In this document: one piece after another, positions 50,257 to 60,502 of the stretch
Position numbering within the stretch: position 1 is the first letter of the stretch
Layout of the letters: each line of letters begins with the position of its first letter
Assembly (NCBI GenBank): GCA_050290185.1
Contig: JBNKHE010000002.1
Location: forward strand, 64,001-128,000
From: Pontiella sp.
GTDB taxonomy: Bacteria; Verrucomicrobiota; Kiritimatiellia; Kiritimatiellales; Pontiellaceae
Direction: 5' to 3'
Length of the DNA stretch: 64,000 nucleotides
Notes under the pieces: generated by a model
The model's input: the letters and a program-made list of their open reading frames with translations, nothing else
The model's database searches: none
Told to the model about the DNA's origin: nothing
Translations under genes and position numbers: made by a program

Positions 50257-52833
50257 TCAATTTTCCAGCCCGGTCGCAATGGAAATCAGCTGTTGCAGTT
50301 CTTGCACCTGGCCATCGAGATTCAGGGCCAGCACAACCGGTTGCATCCGGGCCAGAACATCCGTCATTTCCGTCCCCTCGGTATAGGGACTGCGGCGCAG
50401 CCGTTCGGCAAACTCCGCCACGCAGGCGGCCAGCTGGAACCGCGCATCTGCATCCTCGAAGCGGGCCTTGCGGTAGGAATCCATTACCCGGCTGCTGATC
50501 TCTTCGATAGCGCCGTTGTCGGCCCGGCGATAGCGGACATAGACCGTAGCGATCGGATCTTTTTCCAATCCGTCTGGTTTGAGTTCAACGTCATAAAGCG
50601 CCGTCACGGACTGGCCGGAGCCAACCTCGCCGGCATCTACCGTATCATCGCGGAACTGCTCCTTGGTCAGTTGGCGGTTTTCGTAGCCGAGCTGGCGATA
50701 GCGCAACACGCGGTCGGGATTGAATTCGATCTGGATCTTCACGTCGCTGGCAATTACATGGAGTGTGGAAGCCAACCGGTCAACAAACAGCTGACGGGCT
50801 TCATCCATCGTATCGACATAGGCATACATGCCGTCGCCGCGATTCGCCAGGCGCTCCAGCAGATCGTCGTCGTAGGTTCCCGCCCCGAAGCCGAGCACGG
50901 AAAGATAGATGCCCTTGGTGCGGTAGTCGGCCACCTGCTCCAGAATTGCATCCGGATCCAGCTCGCCCAGATTGGCAACGCCGTCGGACATGATAATGAT
51001 CCGGTTGGAATCGCCGGCTTCGAAACCATCGGACGCCATCAGGTAACCCAGTTCCAATCCCTTGTCGAACTGCGTCGGACCGCCCGGGTGCAGGGCGTTG
51101 ATGGCCGCAAGCAGGTCGGCCTTGTTGCTTACAGGTGTATGCTCGCAAACCAATCGTGCATCGCCGCCAAACTGTACAATCGCCACCTTGTCCTCTGGGT
51201 CGAGATGATCGAGCAGTAGAGACAACGACTGCTTAACCAGACCGAGCCGTTCCGGTGTGCTCATCGAGCCGGAGGTATCGATGACCAGCGTAAGGATGGC
51301 TTTGCGGTGGTCGTCACGCCCGATGCGGCGTCCCTTGATCCCAACCTTGAGTACATCCATGCGCCCCCGGAACGGCGACGGCGCCATTTCGCTGTGCACA
51401 GCAAAAGTCTGCTTGCCGGCGGGCGGGCGGTAATCATAGTCGAAGCTGTTGATGAATTCTTCCGTGCGCACGGCCTCGGTATCCGGCATGGCACCGCCCA
51501 GCAACAGCTGCCGTGCCAGCCCGTACGACGCCGTATCAACATCGATTGAAAATGTGGAGAAGGCATTGTCCGCCGCCATCACGTAGGGATTGAAAACGGC
51601 AGGCTTGCGTTCCCGCGGCGTCACGGCCGCTTCATCCTTGAAGTCAGATCTCCGGGCCCGACTTACATCGTCAGGAATTTTTTTCGCACTCTTTTTCGTT
51701 TCGGATGGATCTGGTGTAATAACATTATCGGCAACTCTTCCCCATGGCTCCGTACTATATGCATCCAGATCCTCGCCCCCGAACAGATCATCCATGCTGT
51801 CACCTGCATCCATGGCCCCTGCGAACAGACCGTCTATGCTATTATCCTTCCCGACTGCGGGAACCGGCTGGGGAAGAGCAGTATCTGTCGTAGGTTCATT
51901 GGCAAACGGATCTCCGTAAGCGTACTGCTCATTTTTATCCTGCGAGCGTCCCGTATCGGAGTCCGACAACGTTGAATACCCGGACAGGTTAACCGACTCG
52001 GTGGCTGGTTCCGGCTCTGTTGAAACCGCATAGCCAAAGACGGACGTTTCGCTGATCTCAGCCCGGTCGACGATTTCCGCTGAGCCTAAACCTGTCCCGC
52101 CTATCAACCCTTCCGAGGTTCCTTCCAGATCCGGCATCTGTATTTCGGGCATAGACCGGGTTTTCACCTTTGCCACAATGCGCGAGGAGGGCTTGGGCTG
52201 GGCGCTCTTGACCACCTTCACCTTGGGTTTCTTGAGCATCATCTTCGGCCGCTCCACCGCCGCCGCGGCAAAGGTTTGGTCCGGCACATCCTTATCCGCG
52301 TGACCACCCTCTGCACCGAAGAAATCCTGTGAATAGTCGTCCATTACGTCCACTTTGGGCTTTACCACCACCGATCTGCGTAGCTTGGGCGTTGCTTTTA
52401 TCTCGTCGGAGACCTGTAACTTGTTCAACTTCATTCTGGGGCGCTGTACCGGGGCCGCTTCGAAAGAAACCTCACTCTTTTGCACCACCTGAACCATGAC
52501 AAAGCTCATCGAAACCATGATAAACAAAGCAGCTATGACTCCGGTGACTAGTGCTGCCTTGAACTGCGGGCTGACCCAGATGCGGGCAAAGGCATTGGTG
52601 CGGATATCGACTTTCCTTACGGGCAGATGCCGCCATGCGGACATGCGGACGGGAGTGGGCACCGCAGCCATGACCTTGCCCGCCAACCGAAACGTCGTGT
52701 TCAGTACTTCAAGTTCGGCCCGGCAAGACGCGCAGCTTTCCAGATGGGCCCGCAGGGCATGGTAGTCCCGCTCGTACAACTCGCCATGCAGATAACCCGG
52801 CAGCAGTTTTTCAAATCGTTTGCATTCCTTCAT
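50257..52833 (-). CDS. Zinc-finger anti-sigma - TM - long linker - YfbK-type VWA fusion, copy 2
   Basis: Start MKECKRFEK; HLESCASC; TM; STFSIDVDTASY, MIDAS DTSGS, IASDVKIQIEFNP, DAGEVGSG. Confidence 0.9.
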   Translation of the reverse strand: MKECKRFEKLLPGYLHGELYERDYHALRAHLESCASCRAELEVLNTTFRLAGKVMAAVPTPVRMSAWRHLPVRKVDIRTNAFARIWVSPQFKAALVTGVIAALFIMVSMSFVMVQVVQKSEVSFEAAPVQRPRMKLNKLQVSDEIKATPKLRRSVVVKPKVDVMDDYSQDFFGAEGGHADKDVPDQTFAAAAVERPKMMLKKPKVKVVKSAQPKPSSRIVAKVKTRSMPEIQMPDLEGTSEGLIGGTGLGSAEIVDRAEISETSVFGYAVSTEPEPATESVNLSGYSTLSDSDTGRSQDKNEQYAYGDPFANEPTTDTALPQPVPAVGKDNSIDGLFAGAMDAGDSMDDLFGGEDLDAYSTEPWGRVADNVITPDPSETKKSAKKIPDDVSRARRSDFKDEAAVTPRERKPAVFNPYVMAADNAFSTFSIDVDTASYGLARQLLLGGAMPDTEAVRTEEFINSFDYDYRPPAGKQTFAVHSEMAPSPFRGRMDVLKVGIKGRRIGRDDHRKAILTLVIDTSGSMSTPERLGLVKQSLSLLLDHLDPEDKVAIVQFGGDARLVCEHTPVSNKADLLAAINALHPGGPTQFDKGLELGYLMASDGFEAGDSNRIIIMSDGVANLGELDPDAILEQVADYRTKGIYLSVLGFGAGTYDDDLLERLANRGDGMYAYVDTMDEARQLFVDRLASTLHVIASDVKIQIEFNPDRVLRYRQLGYENRQLTKEQFRDDTVDAGEVGSGQSVTALYDVELKPDGLEKDPIATVYVRYRRADNGAIEEISSRVMDSYRKARFEDADARFQLAACVAEFAERLRRSPYTEGTEMTDVLARMQPVVLALNLDGQVQELQQLISIATGLEN

Positions 52834-53375
52834 GATACCACCCCCGCCTTGCGCAGGCTTTGGGTTAGCTTTTTTGAAGCGGTATGGATCAGGGTGCCGA
52901 CATACCCTTCCGTGCGGTTGAGCACCCCGGCGATATCCCTGTAGCTCATTCCATCCAGCAACCGCAGCACCAGCACTTCGCGCTCCCGGGGCTTGAGTGT
53001 GTTGATGTGCTGGAACACGAGGGCCTCGCACTCATCCAGATAGTCACGTACTGCATGATCGCACCGGTTAGCGGGATCATGTGAAAGTTGCTTGTGCAGC
53101 AGACGCAGACGGGATTCTTTGCGGATATAATCGACCGAAACATTGTGGGTGGTGCGGTACAGCCACCCCTTTAATGATCCCTCCTGTTTCCGGAGACGTC
53201 CCCAGTTTCCATGCAGACGGATAAACACCTCCTGAACGATATCCTGGGCGGCATCGGCATTGTTCAGCACACGGGATGCGTAGCGCAACAGGACAGACTG
53301 GTACATTTCGATCGCCGCCTCCAAATCAAGTTTATCCGGCTCCCCGCCCTTGAGCCCTTGGATGTCATCGCTCAT
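52830..53375 (-). CDS. ECF sigma factor, copy 2
   Basis: AQDIVQEVFIRL, WLYRTTHN, MSYRDIA; paralog of 43230-43847. Confidence 0.9.
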   Translation of the reverse strand: MSDDIQGLKGGEPDKLDLEAAIEMYQSVLLRYASRVLNNADAAQDIVQEVFIRLHGNWGRLRKQEGSLKGWLYRTTHNVSVDYIRKESRLRLLHKQLSHDPANRCDHAVRDYLDECEALVFQHINTLKPREREVLVLRLLDGMSYRDIAGVLNRTEGYVGTLIHTASKKLTQSLRKAGVVS

Positions 53376-53409
53376 GTCGCGCCTTTTCCCCATTGGTCTT
53401 TCACATATA

Positions 53410-53436
53410 ATACGTTCTGCGAGCCAAAAATCTTTG
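53410..53436 (-). promoter_or_regulatory. Putative ECF promoter CAAAGA-N16-CGTAT, copy 2
   Basis: Same elements and spacing as 43899-43925. Confidence 0.7.
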
Positions 53437-53639
53437 TAAAAAAGTGTGAAATTTCATGCACACCCAGATGCAATTCAATCCTTGTGGTGGTTTTGAAATA
53501 TTTATGGCAATCTAATGTCATGTTGTACTGGAATTCCTTGCACGCGGAAAGCCAGCACGTACCAGTAGAGCCGCCACTACAAGTGGTGGCTCCCGTGCGC
53601 AGAGGAAACATCAGAAAATTGACCGAACAGTAGTGAACA

Positions 53640-55109
53640 ATGGATAGGCCTATGACTTCCCTGCGCACAACCTGCATCGAGAAGGCCCGATCCGATATCC
53701 AGGATTGCCTGGTGGTCGGAGCCGGGATCAATGGTGCCGTCGCCGCGGCTGCACTGGCCGGCCAAGGGGCGAAGGTGACGGTAATCGACAAGAGCGACTT
53801 TGCCTCGTTCACCTCGCAAGAGAGTTCCAATCTCGCATGGGGCGGCATCAAGTATCTCGAAACCTACGAGTTCGGTCTGGTGTGGAACCTGTGCAAATGC
53901 CGTAACCGGCTGATGAAAGCGTATCCCGCCCAGGTGCGCGAGATCCGTTTTTTCACCAGCATCGCCAAGGGGTTCCGCAAGCCGCGGATTCTAATTTATC
54001 TCGGCGCACTCCTCTATTGGTGCATGGGCCGTTGCCAAACGAAACCTCCGCGGCTGCTTTCGCGCAAGACGATCCAGCGCGAAGCGCCGATGGTAAACAC
54101 GGCCCCCCTCGCCGGCGGGCTGGAATATTCCGACTGCTACTTGATTCAAAATGACACGCGCTTTGCCTTCGGGTTTATTCGAAACATGCTTAAAAACGGC
54201 GGCAGCGCCATAAACTATATGGAATTGGTCTCCGCTGAACAACGTGATGGGTTGTGGCAGTGCACACTGCGGAACCAGGTCGACGGCGAAGCCCATAGTC
54301 TCCGAACAAAAACCATCATTAATGCCGCCGGGCCCTTTGTCGACCGCGTCAATGACCTACTCGGCATCGAATCGGCCTTTAAACATATTTTTTCAAAGGG
54401 CGCGCACATCATTGTTCCGCAGATCACCCCGATCAAACAGGTGCTCACCTTTTTTGCATCGGACGGCCGTCTCTTTTTCATGGTGCCCATGGGCGAACGC
54501 ACCTGTATTGGAACCACCGACACCCGCGTTGACAATGAAGTTGCAGAACCCACCGCTGATGATGTCGATTTTTTATTATCCAACGCCAATGCGCTGCTTG
54601 CGCTAGACCAACCGCTCACCAAGAACGATGTGATCGCCACGCGTTGCGGCGTGCGACCGCTGGCGGTACGAAAAGATGCCGATGTCGGCAATACCGAATG
54701 GATGGCTCTCTCCCGGAAGCACGAAATCGATCTCCATCCTAAAGAGAAGGTGCTTAGCATATATGGAGGGAAGCTTACCGACTGTCTCAACGTGGGTGAC
54801 GAGGTTGCCGGGATGATCGAGTCTTTCGGCATTGCGCTGAATCCAGCCAAACAATGGTACGGCGAGGAATCCCAACCAGAAATCCCGGCCAATGATGAGT
54901 GCATTCTTGGTCCCATCTACCGGAGCGAAATTCAGCGCATGGCCGAAGAGGAAATGGTCGTGCACCTGGAAGATTTCCTCCGGCGGCGCACCATGCTTGA
55001 ACTCACCATGGGCAAGGAAACATTGCGTTCCGATCCAGGGTTACGCGAAGCCGCCATCATCCTGTTCGGCGATGCGGCGGATAGAGAACTGAACCGCTAT
55101 TTTGAATAA
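53640..55109 (+). CDS. glpD: FAD-dependent glycerol-3-phosphate dehydrogenase/oxidase family protein
   Basis: VVGAGING, SSNLAWGGIKYL, INAAGP, KGAHI, IGTTD, GVRPL, GGKLT. Confidence 0.8.
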   Translation: MDRPMTSLRTTCIEKARSDIQDCLVVGAGINGAVAAAALAGQGAKVTVIDKSDFASFTSQESSNLAWGGIKYLETYEFGLVWNLCKCRNRLMKAYPAQVREIRFFTSIAKGFRKPRILIYLGALLYWCMGRCQTKPPRLLSRKTIQREAPMVNTAPLAGGLEYSDCYLIQNDTRFAFGFIRNMLKNGGSAINYMELVSAEQRDGLWQCTLRNQVDGEAHSLRTKTIINAAGPFVDRVNDLLGIESAFKHIFSKGAHIIVPQITPIKQVLTFFASDGRLFFMVPMGERTCIGTTDTRVDNEVAEPTADDVDFLLSNANALLALDQPLTKNDVIATRCGVRPLAVRKDADVGNTEWMALSRKHEIDLHPKEKVLSIYGGKLTDCLNVGDEVAGMIESFGIALNPAKQWYGEESQPEIPANDECILGPIYRSEIQRMAEEEMVVHLEDFLRRRTMLELTMGKETLRSDPGLREAAIILFGDAADRELNRYFE

Positions 55110-55127
55110 GCGGCCGGACCGGAACGA

Positions 55128-56504
55128 TCAATCGTAGACGGGCTGAGCAATGCTGGCGTTGCCAGCGACGCCAACGCGCACCCACTTCTGCCACTTAAGT
55201 TCCGTGCGCGTAACCAGACGCTTCAAACTGCGAACCAATGCCTGTAGCTCGATCATATCGACTGCATAAAACAGCAACCAGGCAGTCGGCGCGAGCAATA
55301 GCAGGTTGCGGTGGAAGCGAATCTTGGGATCGACCAGAATCTGTATGCTTACCACTGTCGTCAACAGGCCGATGACAAACGCCAGCGGCATGTAGTCGCT
55401 GGTGGCAATGGTATAGAGAAAGAAGACTCCCAGCATGACCGCTTCGGTCAACAGCAGCAGTTCGGCATAGACCGCGATCGGCAGCACGAGTAACGTCAGA
55501 TAGGGATTGTGTTCCCTGCGAAGGCTGAAGAAGAGCTTGCGGTGCTTGATAAAGGTCAGGATGCGGCCGTACTTCCAGCGCAGGCGCTGGTTACACAAGC
55601 CTCCCCAATCGGAAGGCCCTTCGGTGTAGATCACGGCATCGCAAGCGTAGCGCGTCTTGTAGCCATGCGACAGGATGCGGGTAGACATCTCGATGTCTTC
55701 GGTGATGATGGAATGATCAAAGCCACCCATCTTCTGCAGAACCTCCCGCCGGTAGGCTGCGGCAGCCCCGCCAATAATGTAGACCGAATTGAACAAGGAG
55801 TCGGAACGCTTGAAAAAGAAACCATAGAGGTATTCCATCTGCTGCATCCACTCAATGGGCTTTTTGCGATTCCCTACAATCACGTTGCCTGCAACACCTC
55901 CAACCGATGGATCATCAAAATGCTTCACCAGATTGGTGATCGCATCCGGATCCATCACGCTGTCGGCATCGATGGTGATCACGATTTCACCGGTGGCGTG
56001 AATCAGTGCGCGGTTCATGGCACGAGCTTTGCCGCCGTTCGAAAGGTTCAGGTATTTAACCGAGGCGCGCTGGATTGGATCCTGTTTGTAATCGGCCACA
56101 AAGCGGGTCACCTTTCCGTGTGTGCCGTCTGTCGACCCATCATTCACAACAACGACCTGCAGGTGCGGATACGCGGTGTTGATCACCGACCACATAGTCC
56201 TGACAATACCGACTTCCTCGTTCCAGGCCGGAATGATTACGGATACCGATGGTTTCCGGCGGTTGGCGGCCGCCTTTGTACGACGTCTCGCAACCATGGA
56301 GTAAAACGGGCTGACGGAAAGCTGGAGGACATATTTCGCCAGCAGTGGCATCAATAACACCAACATAACCAGGCGAATGGAATCAAAGCGAACGACCGCG
56401 TGGTATTCGCGTGTCGCCGCAAGATAGAAAATGCCGCTCGTCGCCGCATACAAGGCTCCGATAAAACACACCATTTCCCTCGTTGCTTGAAACCGTTTCT
56501 TCAT
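55128..56504 (-). CDS. Processive GT2 glycosyltransferase (PgaC/IcaA-like); start codon uncertain
   Basis: IPAWNEE, NDGSTD, GGKARA, IDAD, TED, QRLRW; flanking TMs. Confidence 0.88.
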   Translation of the reverse strand: MKKRFQATREMVCFIGALYAATSGIFYLAATREYHAVVRFDSIRLVMLVLLMPLLAKYVLQLSVSPFYSMVARRRTKAAANRRKPSVSVIIPAWNEEVGIVRTMWSVINTAYPHLQVVVVNDGSTDGTHGKVTRFVADYKQDPIQRASVKYLNLSNGGKARAMNRALIHATGEIVITIDADSVMDPDAITNLVKHFDDPSVGGVAGNVIVGNRKKPIEWMQQMEYLYGFFFKRSDSLFNSVYIIGGAAAAYRREVLQKMGGFDHSIITEDIEMSTRILSHGYKTRYACDAVIYTEGPSDWGGLCNQRLRWKYGRILTFIKHRKLFFSLRREHNPYLTLLVLPIAVYAELLLLTEAVMLGVFFLYTIATSDYMPLAFVIGLLTTVVSIQILVDPKIRFHRNLLLLAPTAWLLFYAVDMIELQALVRSLKRLVTRTELKWQKWVRVGVAGNASIAQPVYD

Positions 56505-56526
56505 AAACATAATGCTTACTTTCCTA

Positions 56527-56542
56527 CGCATGTTATGTGCCA
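56527..56542 (-). promoter_or_regulatory. Sigma54 (-24/-12) promoter of the GT2 gene
   Basis: Minus strand TGGCACATAACATGCG (GG-N10-GC). Confidence 0.6.
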
Positions 56543-56863
56543 ACAAAAGCCCAAATTATATAGCGTTTGGGTCGGTAAAAGTGGCCGCTTATAAGGGAAT
56601 CCCCGCTCCCGCACAACCCGCCAGTGCGACTATTTCACTGCCCGGCGGGAAGCATGTTCAAGGCCGGAGGGATCAAATATTCGTTTTTGCCAGTTTTTTA
56701 CGGATTTAGTGATCGCGATATGCACAATTTCGCATTCTCCGAATCCGCAAATAGCACACACGGCATAGCAAGATGGGGTCATAAAAAGAGCGCGCACAGG
56801 TGGAGCGATCCGTTGCACCTGCACGACTTGAGGATTCCACGGCACAGCGGCCAGCGGAACCAT

Positions 56864-57934
56864 CTAGTCAAAGAAGTGCAAGTCCCACTCGGCCATCCAT
56901 TCCAGATACGGCATATCATCTTTGAACTGGAGGGGAAGCCAGATGTAGCGACTGTCGGCCAGATTACGCGGATTCCAGCGGTCAGCCATAAAGATGAAAG
57001 CCCCCTTCTTTCCCTGAACCGGAAGGATGTAGGTGCTTTGAGAATGAAAGGTCGTTGAGGCATCGTTGCCGATGCAGGGATTCCCCAGGTCGGTCCACTC
57101 GCCCATGATTGAATCGGCCACATGCAACCGCGCGGCATTGGGATCCCAGCCCGTGCAGCCGGAAGTGATCAGGAAGTATTTGCCTTTGTGCTTGAAGATG
57201 GCCGGTGCTTCGTTGTGCCCACCGGGAAGAATTCGGCTCCACTGGTCTGTGAACGAAGTGTAATCGTCCGACAGTTTCGAGATGTGGAGCGTGAAGTTTT
57301 CTTCGGAGGAATGGATGTGGTAGGCCGTGCCATCGTCGTCGACAAACAGGGTCATGTCGCGCGACATCTGGCCCGCTTTAAAATCGCGCTTTAAAAGTTT
57401 CGCGGACTCATCCCTGCCCGTCGTTTTGGCTTCCGCTTGATGGTTGATCGGCCAGATTTCGGCATTGGGGCGGTAGGAACGGAGATATTTGTAGGGACCG
57501 GTGACCGTATCGCTGACGGCCACACCGGTCCGAGCCGCCTCGTAGCCCTTCCCCTTCAACTCAAGATGGAACCACATCACATACTTGCCGGTCATTTCGT
57601 TATAGACGACCTTCGGGCGCTCCATGATACAGCCGGGCCGGATTTCCGATTCATGCCTGTTCACGACCGCCAGCGCAATGCCTTCGTTCGTCCAATCCAC
57701 CAGATTGGTGGAGGAATAACAGCTTATGCCGTCGCGCGCCGCGCCACCCTTGCGCTTGAACTCGCCAAACCAGTAGTAGACACCATCGTCATACAGCATG
57801 CCCCCGCCATGGGCGTTGATCACCTCGCCACGGGTATCCTTCCACTCGTCACCGGGGTTGAACATGCCATCGGCAGCGGCAGCACCTAAAACCCCCATTG
57901 CGAGTTCTGTTGCGAGAAGCAGGCTTGCATTCAT
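56864..57934 (-). CDS. GH43 glycoside hydrolase (exo-beta-1,3-galactanase-like)
   Basis: INAHGGG, YYWFGE, MERPKV, SRDMTLFVDDDG, NEAPA, SGCTGWDPN, SQST, ADRW. Confidence 0.88.
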   Translation of the reverse strand: MNASLLLATELAMGVLGAAAADGMFNPGDEWKDTRGEVINAHGGGMLYDDGVYYWFGEFKRKGGAARDGISCYSSTNLVDWTNEGIALAVVNRHESEIRPGCIMERPKVVYNEMTGKYVMWFHLELKGKGYEAARTGVAVSDTVTGPYKYLRSYRPNAEIWPINHQAEAKTTGRDESAKLLKRDFKAGQMSRDMTLFVDDDGTAYHIHSSEENFTLHISKLSDDYTSFTDQWSRILPGGHNEAPAIFKHKGKYFLITSGCTGWDPNAARLHVADSIMGEWTDLGNPCIGNDASTTFHSQSTYILPVQGKKGAFIFMADRWNPRNLADSRYIWLPLQFKDDMPYLEWMAEWDLHFFD

Positions 57935-57953
57935 GGCCGGAAACCCATTTTTG

Positions 57954-58751
57954 CTAATCCTTGTACGCCCTGATTTTACGAGCCTTGCTATTCAGGAACT
58001 TGTTGAGGGGGCAGTTGCGCTGCCCCCGTATGCCGGCGATCACGCATGCAGCATTCAGCTCGGCCCCTTTTTCATTGGTGTGGACATGGTGGTCGGCAAA
58101 GAATTCCTGCCGCACCTCCTCCTCGTCGCCGAAATCGTCAAAGCGGTCCGCCACAATATGATTCAGGTGAATGAACCAGGCGTCTTCCTTCTCTGCGGCT
58201 TTCTTGGACCATCCTCCATAATCGTCGTGCCCCGAACGTCCGCACTTTCCCTGATCGGTCCATAGGCAGCGCGGGATGGGCGAACATACAATTACGACCG
58301 CCCCCTTCTCATGGGCTTCCTTGATATACTGCTTCATGTACCAGCCATAGGAATGGACTGCTTCCTTCTTGCCTTCCTTTCCAGTCACCTCCTGCGTATC
58401 GTCGTCCATGCCCTTGAGCGAAGAACGCCCATTGTCCTTGCTCAGGGAACCGCCGTCATTGTGGCCAAACTGGATCATCACAAAATCGCCCTCTTCCAGC
58501 TCATCGAGCACCTTCTGCCACAGCCCGTCACGCCGATAGCTCCGGCTACTGGTGCCGCCAAGGGCACGATCTTCCACATGAATGTTTCTAAGATAGCTCT
58601 CGAGCTTGCCCCCCCAACCATAGTGGTCCCCCCGGTGCGTTTCCACCGTCGAATCCCCCACAATGTACAGGGTCGGCCAGTTGGCATAAGATGTTCCCGT
58701 AAGGGCGAAAATCGTTAAAGAAACGGCTATAAATGTTCCTGCTCTTGACAT
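57954..58751 (-). CDS. Rhamnogalacturonan acetylesterase-like SGNH hydrolase (CE12)
   Basis: GGAGG RBS; signal peptide; VGDSTV, GGTSSRS, IQFGHND, HVHTN..GA. Confidence 0.88.
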   Translation of the reverse strand: MSRAGTFIAVSLTIFALTGTSYANWPTLYIVGDSTVETHRGDHYGWGGKLESYLRNIHVEDRALGGTSSRSYRRDGLWQKVLDELEEGDFVMIQFGHNDGGSLSKDNGRSSLKGMDDDTQEVTGKEGKKEAVHSYGWYMKQYIKEAHEKGAVVIVCSPIPRCLWTDQGKCGRSGHDDYGGWSKKAAEKEDAWFIHLNHIVADRFDDFGDEEEVRQEFFADHHVHTNEKGAELNAACVIAGIRGQRNCPLNKFLNSKARKIRAYKD

Positions 58752-58840
58752 GATAAACCTCCAATGGAGTCTTGTATCAAAATGAAGGGATAGCATAGCC
58801 CAACCTATGAAAAATGACAAGGCAGCGGCAGCCGGGACTC

Positions 58841-60376
58841 TCAAACCCAAAGCTGCCGGTCGAGCGTGCGGTACTGGATGGCTTCGGCCACGTGGTTGGC
58901 CTCGATGGTTTCGGCATCTGCGAGGTCGGCAATGGTGCGGGCAACCTTGAGGATGCGGTCGTAGGCGCGGGCACTGAAGTTGAGATCGGACATCGACGTG
59001 CGCAGGATTTGCTCGGCGTCCGGCTCCAGCCGGCAGACCTGATGCAGGGTCTTGCTGCGCATGTTGGCGTTGCAGTGCGTGCCGGGCTGTTTCCGGTAGC
59101 GTTCCTGCTGAATCTCCCTGGCACGAACGACGCGATCGCGGATGGCGGACGACGGCTCGCCCTTTTCGAGTCGGGTCAACTGCTCATAGGCAATGGCAGG
59201 CACCTCGACATGGATATCGATGCGGTCGAGCAGCGGGCCGGAAATCTTGCTGCGGTAACGCGCGATCTGCGTCGGCGAGCAACGGCACTCGCGCTTGGGA
59301 TCGGTCTGGTAACCGCACGGGCACGGGTTCATCGCGGCCACGAGCATGAAGCGGCAGGGATAGGTGACGCTGGCGGCGGCGCGGGCGATGGTCACCTCGC
59401 CGTCTTCCAACGGCTGGCGCATCACTTCCAGCACGCTGCGCTGGAATTCGGGCAACTCGTCGAGAAACAGCACGCCGTTGTGACCGAGACTGACTGCGCC
59501 GGGCATCGGGTTGGTGCCGCCACCAAGTAGACCGGCATCGGAAATGGTGTGGTGCGGCGAATGGAACGGACGCCGCGCCACCAGCGCCTGATGCGATTTG
59601 AGCGACCCGGAGATGCTGTGGATCTTGGTCGTTTCCAGTGCCTCGTCGAGCGACATCGACGGGAGGATCGACGGAATCCGTTTGGCCAGCATGCTCTTAC
59701 CCGTTCCGGGCGGGCCGATCATCAGTAGATTGTGCCCGCCGCTCACCGCCACTTCCAATGCGCGCTTGGCAAACTCCTGTCCCTTTACGTCGGCAAAGTC
59801 ATCTTCATAGAGACTGTTGGCCTCGAAGACGGAACGAATGTCGAGCTCATAGGGATCCAGCTTGATGTCCTGATTGAGAAAATCGGCCGCCTCGCGCAGG
59901 TTGCGGACGGGAAATACCTTGATCCCGTCGACTACCGCCGCTTCTTCGGCGTTTTCGGCGGGCACCATCATCGCTTTGTAGCCGGCATTGCGCGCCATGA
60001 GCGTGATCGGCAGAATTCCGCGAACCCGGCGCACCGCACCACTAAGCGCCAGCTCCCCCACCACACAGATGCGGGATAGCAAATCATCCTTGATGTCTTC
60101 GAGCGCGGCGATAATACCGAGCGCGATGGGCAAATCGAAGCTGGGCCCCTCCTTCTTCATGTCGGCCGGAGCGAGATTGATGGTGGTACGGCCCATCGGC
60201 GGCCGGAAACCGGAATTGATCATCGCCGTCCAGACCCGATCGGAGCTTTCCTTCACGGCGGCATCGGGCAGACCGACGATCACCACCTTGGGCTCGCCGT
60301 GCCCGGCATTCACCTCGATCTCGACAGGAAACGCCTCGATCCCCACCACCGCTCCGGAATTGATTTGTGAAAGCAT
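58841..60376 (-). CDS. comM: YifB/ComM Mg-chelatase-like AAA+ ATPase
   Basis: VGLPDAAVKES, INLAPAD, GPPGTGKSML, LFLDELPEF, AMNPCPCG, SGPLLDRID. Confidence 0.92.
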   Translation of the reverse strand: MLSQINSGAVVGIEAFPVEIEVNAGHGEPKVVIVGLPDAAVKESSDRVWTAMINSGFRPPMGRTTINLAPADMKKEGPSFDLPIALGIIAALEDIKDDLLSRICVVGELALSGAVRRVRGILPITLMARNAGYKAMMVPAENAEEAAVVDGIKVFPVRNLREAADFLNQDIKLDPYELDIRSVFEANSLYEDDFADVKGQEFAKRALEVAVSGGHNLLMIGPPGTGKSMLAKRIPSILPSMSLDEALETTKIHSISGSLKSHQALVARRPFHSPHHTISDAGLLGGGTNPMPGAVSLGHNGVLFLDELPEFQRSVLEVMRQPLEDGEVTIARAAASVTYPCRFMLVAAMNPCPCGYQTDPKRECRCSPTQIARYRSKISGPLLDRIDIHVEVPAIAYEQLTRLEKGEPSSAIRDRVVRAREIQQERYRKQPGTHCNANMRSKTLHQVCRLEPDAEQILRTSMSDLNFSARAYDRILKVARTIADLADAETIEANHVAEAIQYRTLDRQLWV

Positions 60377-60502
60377 GCCTTCCCCTTGCGCAAACAGAGG
60401 AAACATTAACCCTTTTCCAGTTCATGTTACTAGAAATTCTTTATGCAAGTATGGTATTTACACACAAAGACACCACTACCCGCAACCGGGGTTCGTACGC
60501 CG

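Noticed and set aside
52834..53031. 66-aa N-terminal extension of the VWA2 ORF in the track
   Set aside because: Overlaps the ECF gene; comparison with the paralog places the start at 52833.
56546..56863. Riboswitch or small ORF upstream of the GT2 gene
   Set aside because: No recognisable aptamer consensus by eye, and the 77-aa ORF lacks an RBS and motifs; an Rfam scan would be needed.
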